Notes: generated from the letters alone by a model not told the origin. A DNA stretch of 64,000 nucleotides from an uncultured Methanoregulaceae archaeon (GCA_963717525.1 OY970343.1:2144001-2208000), one strand, 5' to 3'. Shown: positions 30,385 through 40,960, counted from the first letter of the stretch. A program made the numbers and translations.

Positions 30385-31128
30385 CTAGATCCCTTTTGAA
30401 AGGTTATACTGCTGGATCAGTTTTGCCGCCGCGACGAATACCACGATGACTATTACCAGTACAACAATATCCATGACCGGAGGATAAACCGCAGTGTCGG
30501 TGATCGCCCCGTTGAACAGGTCGACAAGGTAAGTGAGCGGGGATATCTCGTTGGTCCATGCCCAGCTCCCGAGCTGACTCAGCGGAATGAAGATGCCCGA
30601 GACAAAGATCAGCGGAAGGCGGATCAGGTTGGAGACCATCATTACGTTGGAGGGATTGCTCATGGCCGGGGACGAAAGGAGGGTTCCGAGAGCTGCGAAG
30701 GTAAACCCTCCCAGGATTAACGTTACGGCGAGGAGCAGGGGATGGGCGAGGGGTAAGTGAAGAAGGAGCGTTCCTGCCGTCCAGACAATAGTGGTGATGA
30801 CGATCCCGAAAAGCGCCCCTGCAAGGATGTCGCCAAGGATGATACTTTCCAGCGTTACCGGGAGGGACAGAAGGCGCTCGTAGGTCTTTTCCCGTTTCTC
30901 CCACGGCGTGATGAGCGGTCCGGTGGAAGAGGAGGAGAAGAAGAGCATCATGCCAAGGAATGCCGGGAAGAAGAGGACGAGGTTGAGGTTCCGCCCGATA
31001 AAAAAGGTCAGGAACATCAGGAAGGGAAACAGGAGACCGAAGATCACGACCGCCCCCTTGTAATAGTAAATCCGCATGTTCTTCTCGGCAACCAGAAGGA
31101 CGCTCCGGATAAAAAGCCTTGGATCCAT
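30385..31128 (-). CDS. ABC-2 type transporter permease
   Basis: Six hydrophobic segments, EREKTYERLLSLP, FVSGIFIP and SPLTY. Confidence 0.9.
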   Translation of the reverse strand: MDPRLFIRSVLLVAEKNMRIYYYKGAVVIFGLLFPFLMFLTFFIGRNLNLVLFFPAFLGMMLFFSSSSTGPLITPWEKREKTYERLLSLPVTLESIILGDILAGALFGIVITTIVWTAGTLLLHLPLAHPLLLAVTLILGGFTFAALGTLLSSPAMSNPSNVMMVSNLIRLPLIFVSGIFIPLSQLGSWAWTNEISPLTYLVDLFNGAITDTAVYPPVMDIVVLVIVIVVFVAAAKLIQQYNLSKGI

Positions 31129-32045
31129 CACGCACCTCCCGTGAGATGGACAAATGCCTCTTCGAGCGTCGGGCTCGATGTAGCAACCGAGATTATTTTC
31201 AGGTGCTCCCGTTCAGCAAGGGCGGCAAGGAATTTTACGGCCGGGTCAGGGTCATCCGTGTACAGCCTCCACTTGTCGCCGTGATTCTCCACGCGGAAGG
31301 CCCCCCCGGTCTCAAGCCATTCTTTTTTCACCGGCTGCTCGAACGCGATCTCCACGTATTTTGCGGTATCGAAGGTCTTTTTGAGTCTCTCCGGGCTGCC
31401 GGTTGCCACGATCCGGCCTTTGTCGATGACGCTGATAACCGTGCAGAGCTCGTTTGCCTCCTCGATATTGTGAGTGGTAAGAAAGATGGTACTGCCCTCT
31501 TTGTTCATCCTGCGGATAGTATCAAGCACAAGCCTGCGGCTGAATACGTCCAGACCCCCCGTGGGCTCGTCAAGGAATAACACCGGTGGCGAGGGAACGA
31601 TGGCACAGGCAATGCTGATCCGCTGCCGCATCCCTTTTGAGAAGGTGCGGACAATATCGTTTCTCCGCTCGGTGAGCCCAAGGATCGCAAGGATCTCCTC
31701 TGCCCGTTTTTTACGGGAGATGCTGTCCATGCCGTAGAATTTTGCCGTCCAGAGAATATTCTGTTCGGCGGTCAGGTCAGAATAGACCGTGCCGTTCTCG
31801 GGTATGATCCCCATCTTCAGTTTGGCTTCGAGCGGGTGTCTTTTGATATCGATCCCGCAGATATGGGCAGAGCCGGCATCCGGTGTCAGCACCCCGGTAA
31901 GCATCCGGATGATAGTGGTTTTCCCGGCACCGTTGGGTCCGAGAAAACCAAAGATCTCCCCCTCTTTTACGGCAATACTGGCATCATGAACAGCCTTAAA
32001 AGATCCAAAGGATTTGCTGAGATTATCCGCTTCGATAATGTCCAT
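31128..32045 (-). CDS. ABC transporter ATP-binding protein
   Basis: GPNGAGKTT, FSKGM, LFLDEP, TTH and C-terminal PTLEEAF. Confidence 0.95.
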   Translation of the reverse strand: MDIIEADNLSKSFGSFKAVHDASIAVKEGEIFGFLGPNGAGKTTIIRMLTGVLTPDAGSAHICGIDIKRHPLEAKLKMGIIPENGTVYSDLTAEQNILWTAKFYGMDSISRKKRAEEILAILGLTERRNDIVRTFSKGMRQRISIACAIVPSPPVLFLDEPTGGLDVFSRRLVLDTIRRMNKEGSTIFLTTHNIEEANELCTVISVIDKGRIVATGSPERLKKTFDTAKYVEIAFEQPVKKEWLETGGAFRVENHGDKWRLYTDDPDPAVKFLAALAEREHLKIISVATSSPTLEEAFVHLTGGA

Positions 32046-32223
32046 GTATGGTTTCCTATACATCGTTACCGGCTACGACCATATGAGGGTATCCTTTTTT
32101 TTATCAGGATACGGTAAGGTATGAAAAGAGTCCGTGTTGTTTTTGTCAATATTCTGATCCACACATGAAATATTTTTTTCACTTAACGACGGCATTATCC
32201 CATGATAATTTTAAAAAAGCAGT

Positions 32224-32811
32224 ATGCAAACCGTACAGGGTGTATGCAGCGTTGGCGGAGCCAGCCCCGCGGGGCTTGTCACCGGGATTATTCTCACCTT
32301 TTGTCTGGTGGCCGGGTTTACGTTCCTCTTTGCCCTTCTTACGAGCCGCACCCGGGATCGGAAAAAACAACTGACGTTTATCGGCGTCCTGGTCGCACTT
32401 ATCTTCGCTCTTAACAGCGTTGCGGTTATATTCACGGGACTCTTTGCGGTTTTGCCCATGCATCTCCCTGCATTGACATTCCTCCTCCTGGTTCCGCTTG
32501 CGATTGTCCTTGCCGGGTTGCTCTGGGCCTGGCCTAAAAATCATGCCGGGATAACAACCGATGCGGTGCTGTGCTCCCTGATCGTCACCATCGCCGGGTT
32601 TGTGCTCTTAGCCCTTTTATCGATCTCCGGTCTTATGGCCCTGCTTGTTCACCCTGCAAACGCTCCTTCCGGCCAGGCTGCAGCCCTCCCGGGGGATTGC
32701 ACGACGCTGGTCATGGCCATCATCGTATTTGTGCTCACTCTTGTCCTTGCCACTGGCGGTTACAAGCTCCTCGCACTGGTCAGGAGTCAGAAAGGCCAAA
32801 AATCTTCATAA
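32224..32811 (+). CDS. Hypothetical multi-pass membrane protein
   Basis: 195-aa ORF with about 5 hydrophobic segments. Confidence 0.65.
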   Translation: MQTVQGVCSVGGASPAGLVTGIILTFCLVAGFTFLFALLTSRTRDRKKQLTFIGVLVALIFALNSVAVIFTGLFAVLPMHLPALTFLLLVPLAIVLAGLLWAWPKNHAGITTDAVLCSLIVTIAGFVLLALLSISGLMALLVHPANAPSGQAAALPGDCTTLVMAIIVFVLTLVLATGGYKLLALVRSQKGQKSS

Positions 32812-33016
32812 CGTTTCCCGATGCGGGCCCGGATTGAATAGCAGGGAGAGACGATCATGCGGGTGGTTCCTGCCCATGACGGAAGGAGGGGGTCGGGCGG
32901 TGTACTTGAGGGTGATATCCCACGCCTTTTCATTTGTCCCGATCCAGCAGATTTACGAGAAAGATATACCTGACCCGATGCTCTGGATTGCAGTACTCAT
33001 GCGGCCGCATCGCATC

Positions 33017-33137
33017 AAAAAAGTGGTCCGACCCCCTCCCTGATAATTTTGTAAAAGGGCAAAATTTTGGATTTTTACGAGAGAGATACTCTATGTTTAT
33101 ACATGGAGGTGGTGGAGGGGGTCGGATGGTGTACTTT
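33017..33137. repeat. Dispersed inverted-repeat element, copy 1
   Basis: AAAAAAGTGGTCCGACCCCCTCC (33017) ... TGGAGGGGGTCGGATGGTGTACTTT (33113-33137). Both ends recur in reverse orientation at 60821-60964. Confidence 0.8.
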
Positions 33138-33630
33138 GGAGATTTCGGCGTTCCGGGACAGATCGCTGTAATGGCCCTATAATGTCTGATCCCAGAGTCC
33201 AGTGAGTGCCCGGAAGCCCCCCGTACAGAACACCGCTAAAGGGGAAAAATAAGTCTATTTTACTGTGTTATTTTTGGATTTCACCCGAAAACTGGAAACT
33301 TTTTTCCTGCGGTGGACAAACAGATGCCAACAGGATGTTCACCAGCCATTATGGGGGGTAAACGGAGCTCGGATAGGGCCCGGATTGGGAGGGGGTGAGG
33401 GACGATTCCGGGCGGGACAAGGAATATGCGATCAGTATGAGGTTGCCCACCCCCTGATGGGGGTCGCTCGGCCGCCTCGTCGGGGCCTCGCTGGGCGAGG
33501 GAGGTTTCTGATTATGGCTTGCTAATTATGGTTCTGTCAAGTCTGCAGGAGTTAGAACCTTGTGCAGTCTCTGTCAAAAGTCGGGAGGTAAAATAACGAT
33601 TTTGCAATTCAAATAAATACTAATCTATAT

Positions 33631-33996
33631 ATGGATAGCAACCTCACGGGACATTTATTAATGGTCATCACTTGGGAAGAAGTAAAAAAATACCTCAAAG
33701 AAAAATGCCTTATTACCGTTGCCTTTTTCGTTGAGGTTGTTTTCGAATTAATACGTGTAACTATCGTATTAGTTGGTTTATGGATATTTTTACTCATAGC
33801 CAACTGGTTGGGCTTTGAAAATAATTTTTACATTGAAATGCTTCATCAATTTTCATTTATCGGATTTTCTATAATTTATTTGATCGTACTAGTTTATGGA
33901 ATCATAGACTTCTACAGAATCTTTAATAAGCATCATGAACACGATTCTGTACAGTTAAATCTGGATGAAGTAGGAAGTGGCAAAAATGGGGTTTGA
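33631..33996 (+). CDS. AT-rich hypothetical membrane protein
   Basis: 121-aa ORF with 2-3 TM segments; A/T-ending codons unlike the host genes. Confidence 0.65.
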   Translation: MDSNLTGHLLMVITWEEVKKYLKEKCLITVAFFVEVVFELIRVTIVLVGLWIFLLIANWLGFENNFYIEMLHQFSFIGFSIIYLIVLVYGIIDFYRIFNKHHEHDSVQLNLDEVGSGKNGV

Positions 33997-34396
33997 TTGT
34001 TATCCTATAGATCATCCCGAATTAAAAAAACGCCTTGAGGCATACAAAAAGATAGGTTTCAAGAGAAACTTTGCGTTGTCGATTCTGTACATGGCAGCCG
34101 TTTTCATTAATGGGTTCCTTGTCTTGGCAATAATCAACGCAATCCACCCATTGGGTTTGGCCTCCACTTCCGCGACATTGTTAGCTGTTGCTGTTTATCT
34201 AACGGTAACGATTGTTGACTTCATTTTGTTATACCACAACAAAATCACACCAGCAATATTAACTTTGATTGTCATATTTGCATGGATTTTACTCCCATAC
34301 CAGTTTATTTCAGGGAAAACCATATTGGATAAAACAAAAACCCCGATGGAAATTAGAAAAAGTATTTTCCACAAGGTATACCAAAATACGGGCTAA
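33977..34396 (+). CDS. AT-rich hypothetical membrane protein
   Basis: 139-aa ORF with 3 TM segments, overlapping the upstream ORF by 20 nt; the start may be the ATG 3 codons later. Confidence 0.65.
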   Translation: MAKMGFDCYPIDHPELKKRLEAYKKIGFKRNFALSILYMAAVFINGFLVLAIINAIHPLGLASTSATLLAVAVYLTVTIVDFILLYHNKITPAILTLIVIFAWILLPYQFISGKTILDKTKTPMEIRKSIFHKVYQNTG

Positions 34397-34656
34397 ATTT
34401 ATTTCGCTTGTGCCGCATTCTGGATCAGGCCCCCCACGCATTCTCCCCCGTTAACCACAATCCCGCATGCCTCGGCCGGTGTCTTTCCGTCAAGCCCTTC
34501 GTGCGGCTTGATGAAATTGTGATAGATTCGCATCCCCTTGCTATTCCTCATCCCGTGCTCCCCCTCATCCCACGATCACCTTTATTTCCCCTCACGTCAA
34601 ATGTAACAGACCCAAGCTCGGAACCCGTTTATACGGGACGGCATGGTGCAAAGACT

Positions 34657-35133
34657 ATGGCAGAAGTGGTCGAGGTTTTAGTATCCGGCGGGAAGGCAAC
34701 CGCGGGTCCGCCATTAGGACCCTCGCTCGGACCACTCGGTATCAACGTGAAGGCAGTAGTCGATGAGATCAACAAGAAGACCGCCACATTCAACGGAATG
34801 CAGGTCCCGGTCAAGATCGAAGTCGACGCAAAGAAGAACTTCACGATCTCGGTGGGTATCCCCCCGACGACGGCACTCATCAAGAAAGAGGCCAATATCG
34901 AGAAAGGATCCGCAGAGCCCAACGTCAAAGTGGCAGGCAACCTGCCATTCGAGGCCGCAGTCAGAATTGCCAACATGAAACTCGAAGGCATGCTCTCCTA
35001 CGAGCTCAAGACCGCAGTAAGAGAGGTCGTGGGCACGTGTGTGAGCATGGGAGTCACCGTTGACGGCAAGCGCGCGAAAGAAGTGCTCGCCGACATCGCA
35101 GCTGGCAAGTACGACAGCGTCCTTGTGAAATAG
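34657..35133 (+). CDS. rpl11: 50S ribosomal protein L11
   Basis: [25 protein letters not shown] and GTCVSMGV. Confidence 0.97.
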   Translation: MAEVVEVLVSGGKATAGPPLGPSLGPLGINVKAVVDEINKKTATFNGMQVPVKIEVDAKKNFTISVGIPPTTALIKKEANIEKGSAEPNVKVAGNLPFEAAVRIANMKLEGMLSYELKTAVREVVGTCVSMGVTVDGKRAKEVLADIAAGKYDSVLVK

Positions 35134-35145
35134 ATCCGAAGAACA

Positions 35146-35181
35146 CCATAGGAGATCGAAGGGTTCGGTCGCGAACTATGG
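35146..35181 (+). promoter_or_regulatory. Ribosomal protein L1-binding mRNA hairpin (putative autoregulatory site)
   Basis: CCATAG-GAG-ATCGAA-GGG-TTCGGT-CGCGAA-CTATGG: two stems with the AGGAG/CGCGAA asymmetric loop recalled from methanogen L1 mRNA targets. The 3' arm overlaps the GGAGG ribosome-binding site of rpl1. Confidence 0.75.
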
Positions 35182-35190
35182 AGGAATCTG

Positions 35191-35835
35191 ATGGTTGATA
35201 GGGCCAAAATTCTGGACGCCGTAAAAACGGCGATTGAAAAGGCGCCAAAGAGAAAATTCTCTGAGAGCATCGATATTACCATCAATCTCAAGAATATCGA
35301 TATGGCGCAGCCGAAAAATCGTATCGACGAGACGATTCTTCTCCCGAACGGGACCGGGGAAAAGACCGGTATCTGTGTCATCGGGAAAGGGGACATCGTC
35401 ACGCAGGCAAAGGATGCCAAGGTTGATCTGATCATCGGCCCTGAAGAGGTAGAACGGCTCGGAGGCGCACCCCGCGAAGCACGCAGGGTCGCCAGTACCT
35501 ACAAGTACTTCCTTGCCGAGACCGCGGTCATGCCGCAGGTCGGTCGTTTCTTAGGTCCCCGGCTTGGTCCGAGGGGCAGGATGCCGATGCCGATCACCGG
35601 GCAGACCGATATCCGCCCGATTGTCGAACGTCTCCGGAACTCGGTGAAGATCCGTACCAAGGATAAGACGGTCTTCTCGACAAAGGTAGGATCGACGGCA
35701 ATGACACCGGAGCAGGTCTCCGAGAACATCGATGCTGTTGTCAAACGTATCGAATCAGTCCTTGAACAGGGTCACTTAAACGTCCGCTCGATTTACGTGA
35801 AGACCACGATGGGTCCGTCCGTGAGGCTGGTATAA
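35191..35835 (+). CDS. rpl1: 50S ribosomal protein L1
   Basis: RKFSESIDITINLKNID, LGPRLGPRGRMP and VKTTMGPS. Confidence 0.97.
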   Translation: MVDRAKILDAVKTAIEKAPKRKFSESIDITINLKNIDMAQPKNRIDETILLPNGTGEKTGICVIGKGDIVTQAKDAKVDLIIGPEEVERLGGAPREARRVASTYKYFLAETAVMPQVGRFLGPRLGPRGRMPMPITGQTDIRPIVERLRNSVKIRTKDKTVFSTKVGSTAMTPEQVSENIDAVVKRIESVLEQGHLNVRSIYVKTTMGPSVRLV

Positions 35836-36684
35836 TGGCAGTCTATACCCACCACCTGCCCGCATGGAAAAAGGACGAGGTCGCGGCGATCAAGAAGCAC
35901 GCAAAGGAGTACACGCTGATCGGGCTTGTCGACATGTACGGCATCCCCGCGCAGCAGGTGCAGCAGATCCGGCGAAACCTCCGGGGCAAAGCAGTCATCA
36001 AGGTAACGCGGAACACCTTGATCGAGCACGCGCTCGGCGAGATTGGCGGGGACACAAAAGGTCTCACAAAATTCATCTCCGGCCATTCCGCGGTGATCTT
36101 CTCCAACGACAACCCGTTCAAGCTGTATCAAGCAGCTCGAGAAGACCAAGACCAAGATGGCCGCAAAAGCCGGCGAGACCGCACCCGAGGACATCGTTAT
36201 CGAGAAGGGCCCCACGAGCTTCAAGCCCGGCCCGATTGTCGGCGAGCTCCAGCAGGCCGGCATTCCCGCGGCGATTGAAGGCGGCAAGGTCAAGATCAGG
36301 GAGACGAAGACCGTCGTCAAGAAAGGCGCGGTCATCTCGGCGAAACTTGCCGATGTGCTTGTCAAGCTTGACATCAAGCCCATGGACGTGGGGCTCGCCC
36401 TCCAGGCAGCCTTCCACGACGGCACCATCTACGAGCCGTCCGTCCTCTCCGTAGACGAGACAAAGCTCCTCGCCCAGCTCCAGCTTGCCGGTATGCAGGC
36501 GTTCAACCTGTCGGTGAACGCAGCAATCCCGACCAGGGAGACCATGGTGCCGATCCTGACGAAGGCCGTCAGGGATGCACGCGGTCTTGCGATCGAGGCA
36601 GCAATCTACGAGAAAGACGTTGTCGATGCGATTATTGGTAAAGCCCAGAGAGAAAGCCAGGTGTTGAAGACCCTGGTAAAATAA
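35835..36684 (+). CDS. rplP0: 50S ribosomal protein L10/P0 (apparent +1 indel at ~36130)
   Basis: PAWKKDEV, RNTLI and NPFKL; removing one base restores YKQLEKTKTKMAAKAG; then GPTSFKPGP. Confidence 0.95.
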
Positions 36685-36707
36685 ACAGTATTTGAGGTGA
36701 ATTTGAG

Positions 36708-37022
36708 ATGGAGTATATCTATGCAGCACTTCTCCTGCACAAGGCAGGCAAGAAGGTTGATGAGCACGGCGTCAAGGCAGTACTGACCGCCGCAGGTGTA
36801 GCAGCAGACGAGTCACGGATCAAGGCGCTCATTGCAGCCCTCGACGGCGTGAACATTGAAGAGGCAATCAGCAAGGCAGCCGCAGCGCCGGTCGCCGTTG
36901 CAGCAGCCGCACCCGCAGCAGGCCACGCAGCCGCAGCACCAGCAAAGGAAGAGCACAAGGAAGAGGATAAGAAGGCAGAAGAAGAGAGCGGCATGGCAGG
37001 GCTTGGTGCCCTGTTCGGCTGA
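36708..37022 (+). CDS. rpl12: 50S ribosomal protein L12/P1
   Basis: [11 protein letters not shown], Ala-rich hinge and GLGALFG C-terminus. Confidence 0.97.
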   Translation: MEYIYAALLLHKAGKKVDEHGVKAVLTAAGVAADESRIKALIAALDGVNIEEAISKAAAAPVAVAAAAPAAGHAAAAPAKEEHKEEDKKAEEESGMAGLGALFG

Positions 37023-37043
37023 ATCTTTTTTCCTTCTTCGTTT
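37023..37043 (+). terminator. Oligo-T archaeal terminator after rpl12
   Basis: ATCTTTTTTCCTTCTTCGTTT immediately after the stop codon. Confidence 0.5.
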
Positions 37044-37149
37044 CCGATCGTACGAGATCGATCTTCTTTTCTGGAATAATCCAAAAGAGCGGATGCGCCG
37101 GCATATCCGGCCAGTGTCCTTTTCCTGTCCCGGGCTGGCACGCCTTCTT

Positions 37150-38149
37150 CTAGACTGGCACGCCCACGTAGATGTTATTCTTCGAGGCGACGATCTTTAC
37201 CCGGACCTGCCCCGACGTTTTGTCGCAGCCAAAGACCGATACCACCCGGTTCCGTGCGACACCCAGCTGTTCGCCATGGATCCAGCCCGGGGCCCGGATC
37301 TCGACCGTTGCCTTCTCTCCTTTTTTGAAGACCTGCGGGAGCGAAGGGCGCCGGACCGTCCTGAAGTCCCGTCCCGGGTCGAGGCGAAGGGGAATGCCCG
37401 ATGCTTTTTCCCACTCTTTGATGCTCCGGTTGAAGAACTGCCACCAGCTCTGGACCTTTATCCCCTTTGGTGTACGGCCGTACCGGTAGCGTTCGAACTT
37501 CTGGATGCCCAGAGGCGGGAACCGTTTTCCCGCACCGCACTCGCGTGCAAAGGCGATCAGCTTCGGGATCTCGGGGTCGTTGATGCCCGGCATATAAACC
37601 GGCGCGATGAGGAGGTCCATGGAACTTTGTGCGACCGCCCGTGCTGCACCGGTCACCGTGTCGATATCGTACCAGTCCACCCCGGCAAGCTCCCGGGCAA
37701 GCGCCGGGTCGAGCGCGTGGAGCGAGAGGTTGATCCGGTCGAGCCCTGCATCCGCGAGCGCTGCGATCTTCTTGTCGTCAAGGAGCGTGCCGTTGGTCTG
37801 GAGCGAGACGACCGAGACGGCATCGATCGCCTTGAGCGCCGCGACCAAGATCGGGGAGCCGGGAGTACATGAGCGGCTCGCCCGGGGAATCGATGTGGCA
37901 CTCGACACCGGTGCCCTTGAAGGGGGCGATCTCCTCAACAGCAGACAGGAGGTACTCCAGTTCAACCTCGTAACTGGTGGCCCGGGTCTTCGACGACGGC
38001 CCGGCATCGACCGAGCAGAACGGGCAGTTCAGGTTGCAGCCGCAGCTCGGGCGCACCTGTAAGAGGCTGGTGCCCCGGTCGATGATACCAAAATAGAGCG
38101 AGCCGACGAGGGGAATGTCGGAGTCGGCTGTTATGCGGACATGTGCCAT
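37150..38149 (-). CDS. Radical SAM protein (COG2100-like, TRAM-like C-terminus); apparent +1 indel at ~37846
   Basis: FGIIDRGT, CNLNCPFC, HIDSPGEP; after the frame change SLQTNG, RINLSL, LLIAPV and GIQKF. Confidence 0.85.
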
Positions 38150-38179
38150 AACTTCATGCACGCCCGGCACAGCTGCCGG

Positions 38180-38592
38180 TTACCGGAACCTGCATCCCTG
38201 CCATTTTCCCCGGAAGACCACCGGGCGGGGGTCGTCCATCTGCGGGAGAAGGGTACTCGAATGCATCCTTGTCCACCGGCTTTTTCCCGTTCTTCCTGCA
38301 GAACTGGGCGAAGGTGTCGTACATGATGTCGAGCGGGATGGAACCCGAAGGGTCGCCCACGAGCATCTTCTGGTGGAAGTCCCAGATCCCTTCGAACTCT
38401 GCATCCTCTTCCTTAAGGGGCCTGACGATCCCGAAATTGAGCCTCGGCAGTTACACTCTTTTCATCTGCCGCGGCCCTGATCTCGAGGAAGTAGTCGTGC
38501 ACGGCAGCAAGCCCCTGCCGGAGCTCGGTGAGCTCCTTTTCCAGGCTCTGGATCCTCTTTTCCTGTTCCTGAATGATGTCGAGCGGATACAT
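38180..38592 (-). CDS. Hypothetical coiled-coil + winged-helix-like protein; two apparent indels
   Basis: Stitched reading MYPLDIIQEQEKRIQSLEKEL...LKEEDAEFEGIWDFHQKML...IMYDTFAQFCRKNGKKPVDKDAFEYLLPQM...WQGCRFR*. Confidence 0.55.
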
Positions 38593-38667
38593 CGCAAGCC
38601 TGATCTCATCTTTGTACTTCCGCCAAGATAAAATGCTTGTTTTTGTGGATTTGCCGATGGCTGGCAC

Positions 38668-40903
38668 TCATTTCCACTCTTTAAGAAGCGTGCCGGCCCA
38701 GACGCACTGGCCAAAGGAGACGCACCCGTCCCCCGGGGGATATTCATCGTTGATGAGAAGGGTGAGGCCGGCGCGGGTGATCTCCTCGCGGATGGTCTCC
38801 CGGATAGCCCGGTTGGCGACAACGCCCCCGCTCAGGGCCACGAGGGAAATGCCGTCGCGTTCTGCCGCGTGGATGGCAAGGGTTGCGATCCCCCGGGCAA
38901 GGTTGGTACTGGATGGATGCCGCGATGTTACGGACAGCGTTTCTCTCGCCCTCTTGTGCGTGAGATAACCGGGAGTGGGCAGTCCTGAGGATCGCCCGCG
39001 TGGAGAGCACTTCACACCCGTTGGCCCGGGAGAAGACCGGCTCCCATGTCTCTGCCGTACCCCCGGCAGCCGCTGCCTCGAGTTTCATCGCAGGCTCCCC
39101 GTCATAGGTGCGTTCCCGGCAGATCCCAAGGAGGGCCGCTGCCGCGTCGAGTACCCGGCCGGTGCTGCTGGTCATCGTGACGTTGAACTGTGTTGCGACC
39201 TGTTTCCTGAGCACGCCGAGTTCAACCTCCGACCAGCCGCGGTGGCGGAGGATGTCGAGGCACGCCTCTTCGGGCAGGATACCGTAGAGCATCCGCTCCG
39301 GGAACCGGGTGGCAAGGTCGCCGCCCGGCATCGCCACCGGTTCGAGGTTGGCGACCCGGGTAAGGTCCGGTACCTGCCCGGCAAAAACCTCGCCGCCCCA
39401 GACCGTGCCATCGTCCCCGTAGCCAACACCATCGATGGCGATCCCGACGCAGGGCTCGGTCGTGGTCGCCGCGATGTGCGCACGGTGGTGCTGGACCGGC
39501 ACGAGCCCAATCCCCCGCTCTTCTGCGATCTCCTTTGCAAACCGGGTGGAGAGGAACTGCGGGTGGAGGTCGTGGGCGACCACATCGTATTCGGCCCCCA
39601 GCAGCCGCTGGAGCTTTGCGACGGTCTCCTGCAGGTACGCGAGCGTCGCCGGGTTCCGGACGTTTCCCACGTGGGGGGAGGTGATGGCAAACCCCCCTTT
39701 GTAGATTGTCGCGTTCGCGTTCAGCTCAGGGCCGACGCCAAGGATGCAGTGCGGGCCGAGATCGATAGCCGTCCGTTTTGGGGCAATCCCCCGGGAGAAG
39801 CGCAGGATGTACCCGTCGCGGACGACCGAGTCGTCCACCCGGTTCTGTATGATCCGGTTGTGGACGAGGAAATAGTCCGCATCTTTTGCGAGTTTTGTAA
39901 GCGCGACTTCCGTGTCCGTGATCATCGGGTAGCCGGGCATGTTCGCGCTCGTCATGATCAGGAGCGGGTGCACAAGGTGCGAGAAGAGGAGGTGGTGGAG
40001 CCCGGTATAGGGCAGCATGCAGCCGATGGTGTGCAGGTTGCTGATGGTGGAATGCGAGGCGTGATCGCGCTTTTCGAGCACTACGATCGGGTGGACAGGG
40101 CTTTCCAGCAGCTCCCGCTCCTCTCGTGAGACAAGGGCGATCTGATCGACAAAACCCGGGCGCACCATCACCGCGAACGGCTGCTCGATCCGGCCGAGGC
40201 GGGACTTGAGTTCCCCTGAGGATTCCTCGATGCAGCCAAGATGGAAACCCCCGACACCACGGATCGCAAGGATCTTCCCGGCATCAAGGAGGGCCGCCGC
40301 CTCCCGAACCGGGTCGACACCGGGAATATCGTTCCCAACCCGGTCCATGAGCCGGAGCCCGGGACCGCAGGTGCGGCAGGCAATCGTCTGTGCATGGTGG
40401 CGCCGGGAATGCGGGTCGCCGTACTCTCCCGCACAGGCCGGGCACGGGGGGAATTCGTCCATGCTTGTCCGCTCCCGGTCGTAGGGGATTTCCCGTATGA
40501 TGCTGTACCGGGGCCCGCAGTTCACGCAGGAGGTTGCCCAGTAACTCTCGTATCTCCCGCCGGGGGTAAAAATATCCGCGATACAGTCGTCGCAGATCGC
40601 AATATCCGGGGGGATCATGCCGGAGAAGGAGCCGGTCCCGCTTTTGAGGATAACAAAACCATCCGGGATCCCGGCATCGGTTTTTGTCACGTTGACAGAA
40701 TCGATCCGGGACATCGGCGGGCCCCGGGAGACTGCTGCAAGAAAATCGGCGAACCGCTCGCCCCGGGCATAGATCTCCACCTCGCTCCCGAGGTTCTTTA
40801 CCGAGCCGGATATCCCGAACTCACAGGCCCGGGCATAGACAAAAGGGCGGAATCCGACACCCTGGACGATGCCGCGAACCGAAATCCTGCCCTTTTTTTG
40901 CAT
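38668..40903 (-). CDS. hypF: Hydrogenase maturation carbamoyltransferase HypF (apparent +1 indel at ~38906)
   Basis: GIVQGVGFRPFV, CxxC zinc fingers, HDLHP, QHHRAH, TSSTGR; C-terminal LSGGV and PPGDGCVSFGQ lie in the shifted frame. Confidence 0.95.
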
Positions 40904-40960
40904 GATGGTGCCGCATAAATTTATTGATTTATACCGCGATATAATTATAGGGTTTTTACT

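Noticed and set aside
34408..34656. N-terminal extension of L11 (and similar extensions for S13, S15, RpoD and Pcc1)
   Set aside because: ORF-caller artefacts from upstream alternative starts; the conserved sequence begins at the later ATG.
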